From NCBI GenBank assembly GCA_965250085.1, contig OZ252287.1, forward strand, positions 512,001 to 576,000: a stretch of DNA of 64,000 bases. Direction: 5' to 3'. Position numbers and translations under genes: made by a program. The notes below the pieces were generated by a model, which was not told the origin of the DNA, did not search any database, and worked only from the letters and a program-made list of their open reading frames with translations. Of the stretch, positions 59,580 through 64,000 are shown piece after piece. This stretch comes from Candidatus Altimarinota bacterium (GTDB taxonomy: Bacteria > Patescibacteriota > Gracilibacteria > CAIRYL01). Position 1 is the first letter of the stretch; each line of letters starts with the position of its first letter.

Positions 59580-60725
59580 ATGACTCACATCCCATTTTTA
59601 TTCGAAATTTTTGGCTATAGCATTGCTGCATTTTGTATTGCATTGGCAGGCACTCGATCATTTGTTGGGCTGCTCAGAAAATATAAACTTGGGAAAAATA
59701 TCCGCGAAGAAAGTGTGGATGGGAAAGCTGCAACTCTCTACAGAGCACTTCACATGAAAAAGACAGGTACTCCCACTATGGGAGGTATTCTTATTTGGGG
59801 CACAGTGCTTGTTGTAATCCTTCTTTCTCGGTATTTATCCTTTACCGGAATCATAGAACATTCTCTCTTGCAACGAGGTGAGGTCTATCTTCCTCTTTTT
59901 ACCTTAATCGCGATGGGGATATTAGGGGCCATTGATGATTACTTAAATGTAAAAGGAGTAGGCGCCAAAAAAGGGCTCGAACTCCTTCCAAAAATAACAT
60001 TTCTTCTTATGTTTGCCACTGTTGGAGCATTTTGGTTCGCATTCAAATTGGGATATTCATCTATTCATATTCCTGCTCTGGGAGATTTTTATATCGGACT
60101 TTGGTATATCCCCTTATTTATTTTTATTATTGTTGCCACAGCAAATGCAGTGAATTTTACCGACGGATTAGATGGGCTTGCAGGAGGACTTCTCATCATT
60201 GCTTATGCCGTATTTGTGGCTATTGCATATGCTCAAGGGCTTTCTTTCCTTGCTGGATTTTGCGCGGTAGTTATCGGAGCTCTTTTGGCGTTTCTTTGGC
60301 ATAATGTTCCTCCAGCAAAATTTTTTATGGGAGACACTGGTTCACTCGCGCTCGGCGCAACTCTAGGGGTCATTGCTATGATGATTGATGCGGTTGTGAT
60401 TCTTCCCTTGGTAGGATTTATTTTTGTCATAGAAGCTCTTTCCATTATCATTCAGCTCACTTCCAAAAAACTGAGGAATGGAAAAAAAGTGTTCCTTATT
60501 GCTCCCTTACATCATCACTTTGAACAGAAGGGATGGACAGAATCGCAAGTAGTAATGCGATTTTGGATTATTGGAGCCATATTTTCTGTGATAGGCCTTA
60601 TTATTGGCTTGATTGGGATGGGAGAAGTTATTTCTGAAAAAATAGAATTCGGCGAGAGTATTGAAGTTTCTGAAAGTATTGGAGAGGTCTTGGTCTCCTT
60701 CCTTAAAGGGGCAAAAGGAGCTTAA
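59580..60725 (+). CDS. mraY: Phospho-N-acetylmuramoyl-pentapeptide transferase
   Basis: K.GTPTMGG, DDY, NAVNFTDGLDGL, FMGDTGSLALG and APLHHHFE motifs. Confidence 0.96.
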   Translation: MTHIPFLFEIFGYSIAAFCIALAGTRSFVGLLRKYKLGKNIREESVDGKAATLYRALHMKKTGTPTMGGILIWGTVLVVILLSRYLSFTGIIEHSLLQRGEVYLPLFTLIAMGILGAIDDYLNVKGVGAKKGLELLPKITFLLMFATVGAFWFAFKLGYSSIHIPALGDFYIGLWYIPLFIFIIVATANAVNFTDGLDGLAGGLLIIAYAVFVAIAYAQGLSFLAGFCAVVIGALLAFLWHNVPPAKFFMGDTGSLALGATLGVIAMMIDAVVILPLVGFIFVIEALSIIIQLTSKKLRNGKKVFLIAPLHHHFEQKGWTESQVVMRFWIIGAIFSVIGLIIGLIGMGEVISEKIEFGESIEVSESIGEVLVSFLKGAKGA

Positions 60726-60769
60726 AGATTTTTGTCCTGTATGTAATTTTTCTTAGAAAAAATTCAAGA

Positions 60770-61210
60770 ATGAAAATTATTGCAAAAAATAAGCGTGCTC
60801 GATTTGATTACGAACTTTTGAAAAAATATGAAGTAGGTCTCGAGTTGCGAGGTGCTGAAATCAAAAGTATCCGCGAAGGGAATGTGCATTTGAAAGGAAG
60901 TTTCCTCACCGTTCGCGGTGGAGAAGCATTTTGGAAAAGCGGATTTATCAAACGATGGAGAACGTCTTCAGAAAACATAGATGAAAACAGGGAACGGAAA
61001 CTCTTGCTCCACAAAAAAGAAATTGCATCCCTTGAAAAAGGACTCAATGAAAAAGGGAATACTGTCGTCCCGTTAGAACTGGGTCTTGTGCGCGGAAAAG
61101 CAAAGATGCGTATTGCTCTTGCAAAGGGAAAGAGAAAATACGACAAGAGAGAGTCTATTAAAAAACGAGAGGTCGATCGAAAACTCAGAACTCAGGAGAA
61201 GTATGGGTGA
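60770..61210 (+). CDS. smpB: SsrA-binding protein
   Basis: NKRARFDY, GLEL.G.EIKSIR, RKLLLHKKEI and GKR.YDKRE motifs. Confidence 0.96.
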   Translation: MKIIAKNKRARFDYELLKKYEVGLELRGAEIKSIREGNVHLKGSFLTVRGGEAFWKSGFIKRWRTSSENIDENRERKLLLHKKEIASLEKGLNEKGNTVVPLELGLVRGKAKMRIALAKGKRKYDKRESIKKREVDRKLRTQEKYG

Positions 61211-61463
61211 GAGCCAGGAGCGGAGAGCTTGGCGCTAGGAGCAAAGCCACGGAAGAGTGAATCTTTCTTTTGGATTTTTGGAATTTTTCGTATTCTAGAT
61301 ATATTTCTCACGCGGGAACCGGCGTCTTTGCCGGTTTCTATATTTTTGAGAAACTGTACTTTTGACGATTCAATCTATTTTCATTGTTTCTGAAACAGCA
61401 GGAACTGACTGTCCTCCGAAGGCGGATAAACAAAGTCAGTTCCCGCAAAAGTGCTTCTAAAAT

Positions 61464-61694
61464 TTAGGAAAGATTCTTTCTCATTTTATAAATTCTAAAT
61501 CCAATTATTATCAGAGATAAAATAAAAATACCAATTAGCAATACCATAAAATATATGTCGTAAATGCCGAAACACGGATCACATGGAAGGTATTTGTTAA
61601 TAATTTCACTAATAGAAAAAGGGGAGCTCATTTCAATACAAAAAATAATTGTTGATAACACTGCTGTTACAATTGGAATTCTTATTCTGCTCAT
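61464..61694 (-). CDS. Small hypothetical membrane protein
   Basis: Two hydrophobic segments around CDPC; very AT-rich. Confidence 0.4.
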   Translation of the reverse strand: MSRIRIPIVTAVLSTIIFCIEMSSPFSISEIINKYLPCDPCFGIYDIYFMVLLIGIFILSLIIIGFRIYKMRKNLS

Positions 61695-61764
61695 GGTTGA
61701 AATATTGGTTAAATTTCACACAACCTTCTTCTTATCCCTCCTCAAAAAGGAGGGGAGAAAGTAA

Positions 61765-62121
61765 TTATTCTTTTCTCAAAGTCGCACACGAGGTAGGAGT
61801 TTCCCAGATCTTCACCTCATAGAGCTTGTCTCCAATTTCTTTGTGCTGAGAAAATCTCTCCCACACATACTGACACATATTTTCTGCTGACGGATTTTCT
61901 ACCGTATCATTTATGAGTTGATGATCCCAGAGATCAAAGACCTCTTCTTTCATGATGCGTTTAAGCTTTGCAAAATCAAATGCCATGCCTTCCGTAAGCT
62001 CTTTATTTTTAACGGTAACGCAAATTCTATAGGTGTGACCATGCAGGTTCTCACATTTCCCCTTATACAGCGGTAAATAGTGAGCTGCATCAAAAGTAAA
62101 TTCTTTGCTGATATAAAACAT
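61765..62121 (-). CDS. queD: 6-carboxytetrahydropterin synthase (QueD/PTPS family)
   Basis: FDAAH, KCENLHGHTY, DH..IN, NPSAEN and ETPTS motifs. Confidence 0.9.
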   Translation of the reverse strand: MFYISKEFTFDAAHYLPLYKGKCENLHGHTYRICVTVKNKELTEGMAFDFAKLKRIMKEEVFDLWDHQLINDTVENPSAENMCQYVWERFSQHKEIGDKLYEVKIWETPTSCATLRKE

Positions 62122-62145
62122 GAACCAGATGAAAGAAAACTTCGC

Positions 62146-62721
62146 TTACTCCGTACTTTCTTTTGCTAAAAGTTGGTCGATCTGCTTCACCAAAACCTCA
62201 TATTTCCTGTCTTCTACCTTTTCACCATTGAGAAAAAATGTTGGAGTTGCATTTACTCGGCGTTTTCTTCCTATTGCCATATCTTTTCTCACAAGAGCTG
62301 ACTTCTCTCCAGAGGTGAGACATGCCTGAAATACATCTGTATCCAGACCAAGATTTTGTGCGATTCCTACAAATGTTTCATCATTCAGTGATGACTGATT
62401 TGCGTACGCTGCTTCCACAAAAGCCCAGAATTTTATTTCGTTTGTATTGTCTTGGTCACGCACGCACTCCGCAGCTTCAGCAGCATGAAATGCATTTTCG
62501 TGAATTTGCTCGAGAGGAAAATGTACAAAGCGAATAATCAAGTCATCTCCAAAATTATCCTGTAATTCCTTTACTAAGGGGTGGGCCCCTTTACATGCTG
62601 GGCACTGCAGATCAGAAAATTCTTCGAGGAGTACTTTTCCCTCTGGGATATCAACCGAAATAGTCTGACCACATGCAGAAAACACAAAAAGACTTATTAA
62701 TCCAAAAAGAAATTTTTTCAT
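62146..62721 (-). CDS. DsbA/thioredoxin-like lipoprotein
   Basis: Lipobox FSAC; EFSDLQCPAC, HFPL..IH and V.ATPTFFLNG motifs. Confidence 0.92.
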   Translation of the reverse strand: MKKFLFGLISLFVFSACGQTISVDIPEGKVLLEEFSDLQCPACKGAHPLVKELQDNFGDDLIIRFVHFPLEQIHENAFHAAEAAECVRDQDNTNEIKFWAFVEAAYANQSSLNDETFVGIAQNLGLDTDVFQACLTSGEKSALVRKDMAIGRKRRVNATPTFFLNGEKVEDRKYEVLVKQIDQLLAKESTE

Positions 62722-62805
62722 AAGAAAAACAAAAAATAGTGGGGGCATTGTGCCGGAAAAGCAACAAAAAGTAAAAAGCAAAAACTGAAAACTATAAATA
62801 TTTAA

Positions 62806-63515
62806 GGCTCTTGAGTAGAATAATTACTTCAATTATTCTCTTAACATGCTTAAACACAGTAAAATATCGAATTATAAGATCAAAAAAATATTGAAGTGTT
62901 TTTGTGAAGATCTCAATGCATCAAAAACAGCAAATATTCTAGATCTCAATCGGAGAACGGTTGATCGATATTTTAATATTTTTAGAGAAAAGATTGCAAA
63001 GTTCTCTTTAGCACAGTCAAAGAGTTTTGGAGAATTTGAACTTGATGAAAGTTACTTTGGAGCAAAGAGAGTGAGAGGAAAGAGAGGAAGAGGAGCCGCA
63101 GGAAAGACTCCTGTCTTTGGAATCCTTCAAAGAGAAGGAAGGGTATTTGTTTCTATTGTAAAAGATTGCTCCAGAAAAGAGCTCCTACCTATTATTCAAG
63201 GAAAAATACTAGAAGGATCAACTATTCATACTGATGGATGGAGAGCTTATGATGGACTCATTCTCAATGGATATGATCACTATCGTATTCATCACTCAGA
63301 AAATGAATTTGCACGAGGAAAATGTCATGTAAATGGTATTGAATCCTTTTGGTCTTTTGCGAAAAGAAGACTCTCTAAGTTTAACGGAATTGCTTCTCAC
63401 AAGTTTAACTTTCACCTCAAAGAATGTGAGTGGCGATGGAACTATAAAGATCAAGATATTTTTGTTATAATGTCCAAAATTATCAGAGATTTTTAAAATC
63501 TCCTACTCTAGAGCC
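62806..63515 (+). mobile_element. IS1595-family insertion sequence, copy 2 (710 bp)
   Basis: Same inverted repeats as copy 1; 8-bp target duplication ATATTTAA. Confidence 0.95.
62846..63496 (+). CDS. IS1595-family transposase
   Basis: Translation identical to 8694-9344. Confidence 0.95.
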   Translation: MLKHSKISNYKIKKILKCFCEDLNASKTANILDLNRRTVDRYFNIFREKIAKFSLAQSKSFGEFELDESYFGAKRVRGKRGRGAAGKTPVFGILQREGRVFVSIVKDCSRKELLPIIQGKILEGSTIHTDGWRAYDGLILNGYDHYRIHHSENEFARGKCHVNGIESFWSFAKRRLSKFNGIASHKFNFHLKECEWRWNYKDQDIFVIMSKIIRDF

Positions 63516-63623
63516 ATATTTAATATCTGTACGCACCAAAGCTTCTTTGGTATGCTGTGGCTCCAGGAAGTGACAAAGACAACAGCTTTTTACTTTCAAA
63601 CTTTCAACTTTTGACCAAAAGTT

Positions 63624-64000
63624 ATGTCCTGGTACCGCACTTATCGTCCACAAACATTTTCCGATCTTGTTGGTCAGGATCATGTTCGAAAAATATTGCT
63701 GACTTCACTCCAAAAGGATAATGTCGTGCATGCATATCTCTTTTCAGGTCCACGTGGTACAGGAAAAACATCTACTGCCCGAATCTTTGCCAAAGCCTTA
63801 AATTGCGAAAAGCCTACAAGCCAAGGAGAACCGTGTAATAATTGTGCCAACTGTCAGGAAATTGACGAGCAGCGCTTTGTTGATGTCATTGAGATAGATG
63901 CCGCTTCTAATACTGGAGTAGATCATATCCGTGACCTCAGGGATAAAATTGGGTTTTCCCCTACTTCTGGAAAAGCAAAAATCTATATTATTGATGAGGT
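63624..64000 (+). CDS. dnaX: DNA polymerase III gamma/tau subunit (5' part, truncated by the window edge)
   Basis: MSWYRTYRPQTFSDLVGQ, HAYLFSGPRGTGKTSTARI.AKALNC and EIDAASNTGVD motifs. Confidence 0.95.
   Translation, partial: MSWYRTYRPQTFSDLVGQDHVRKILLTSLQKDNVVHAYLFSGPRGTGKTSTARIFAKALNCEKPTSQGEPCNNCANCQEIDEQRFVDVIEIDAASNTGVDHIRDLRDKIGFSPTSGKAKIYIIDE

Noticed and set aside
61211-61460. tmRNA downstream of smpB
   Set aside because: There is no GGGG(C/G)TG 5' end or TTCGA.TCC...CCACCA 3' end, and the space is too short.
62121-62146. preQ1 riboswitch upstream of queD
   Set aside because: Only 24 bp separate queD from dsbA, and no aptamer pattern is evident.
8654-63515. Composite transposon bounded by the two IS1595 copies
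   Set aside because: Each copy has its own different target duplication, and the enclosed DNA is core chromosome.
1-64000. Alternative genetic code (TGA = Gly) as in Gracilibacteria/Absconditabacteria
   Set aside because: Core genes are full length in code 11, several end in TGA (gatB, smpB), and prfB is present.

Overview
AT-rich bacterial chromosomal window using standard code 11 (prfB present, TGA used as stop). Gene content suggests a CPR/Patescibacteria organism, probably Peregrinibacteria-like (inference). The backbone is housekeeping: sod, gltX, rpmA, tilS, mutL, uvrB, aroF/aroB, lepB, gatB, prfB, mraY, smpB, partial dnaX, five tRNAs and RNase P RNA. The main feature is a complete chromosomal diversity-generating retroelement (DGR) at about 55.3-57.9 kb with RT, Avd, a 108-bp template repeat (TR) and a DUF4256-like target. 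The target's variable repeat (VR) differs from TR at 18 positions, all TR adenines. Two things about it are unusual: avd lies antisense between TR and RT, and an identical 818-bp promoter-plus-target cassette sits 30 kb away without the downstream hairpin. Other notable signals are: a long RelA/SpoT homologue with an apparently dead synthetase near a separate synthetase-like protein; an unannotated Phe/Tyr leader-peptide attenuator before aroF; heptamer-repeat-flanked four-helix-bundle cassettes; a GIY-YIG nuclease embedded in tRNA-Pro fragments; a 37-aa tandem-repeat protein; a serine-recombinase island at tRNA-Tyr; two IS1595 copies and one IS30. All alignments and counts were done by eye, and family assignments come from motif recognition, not database searches.
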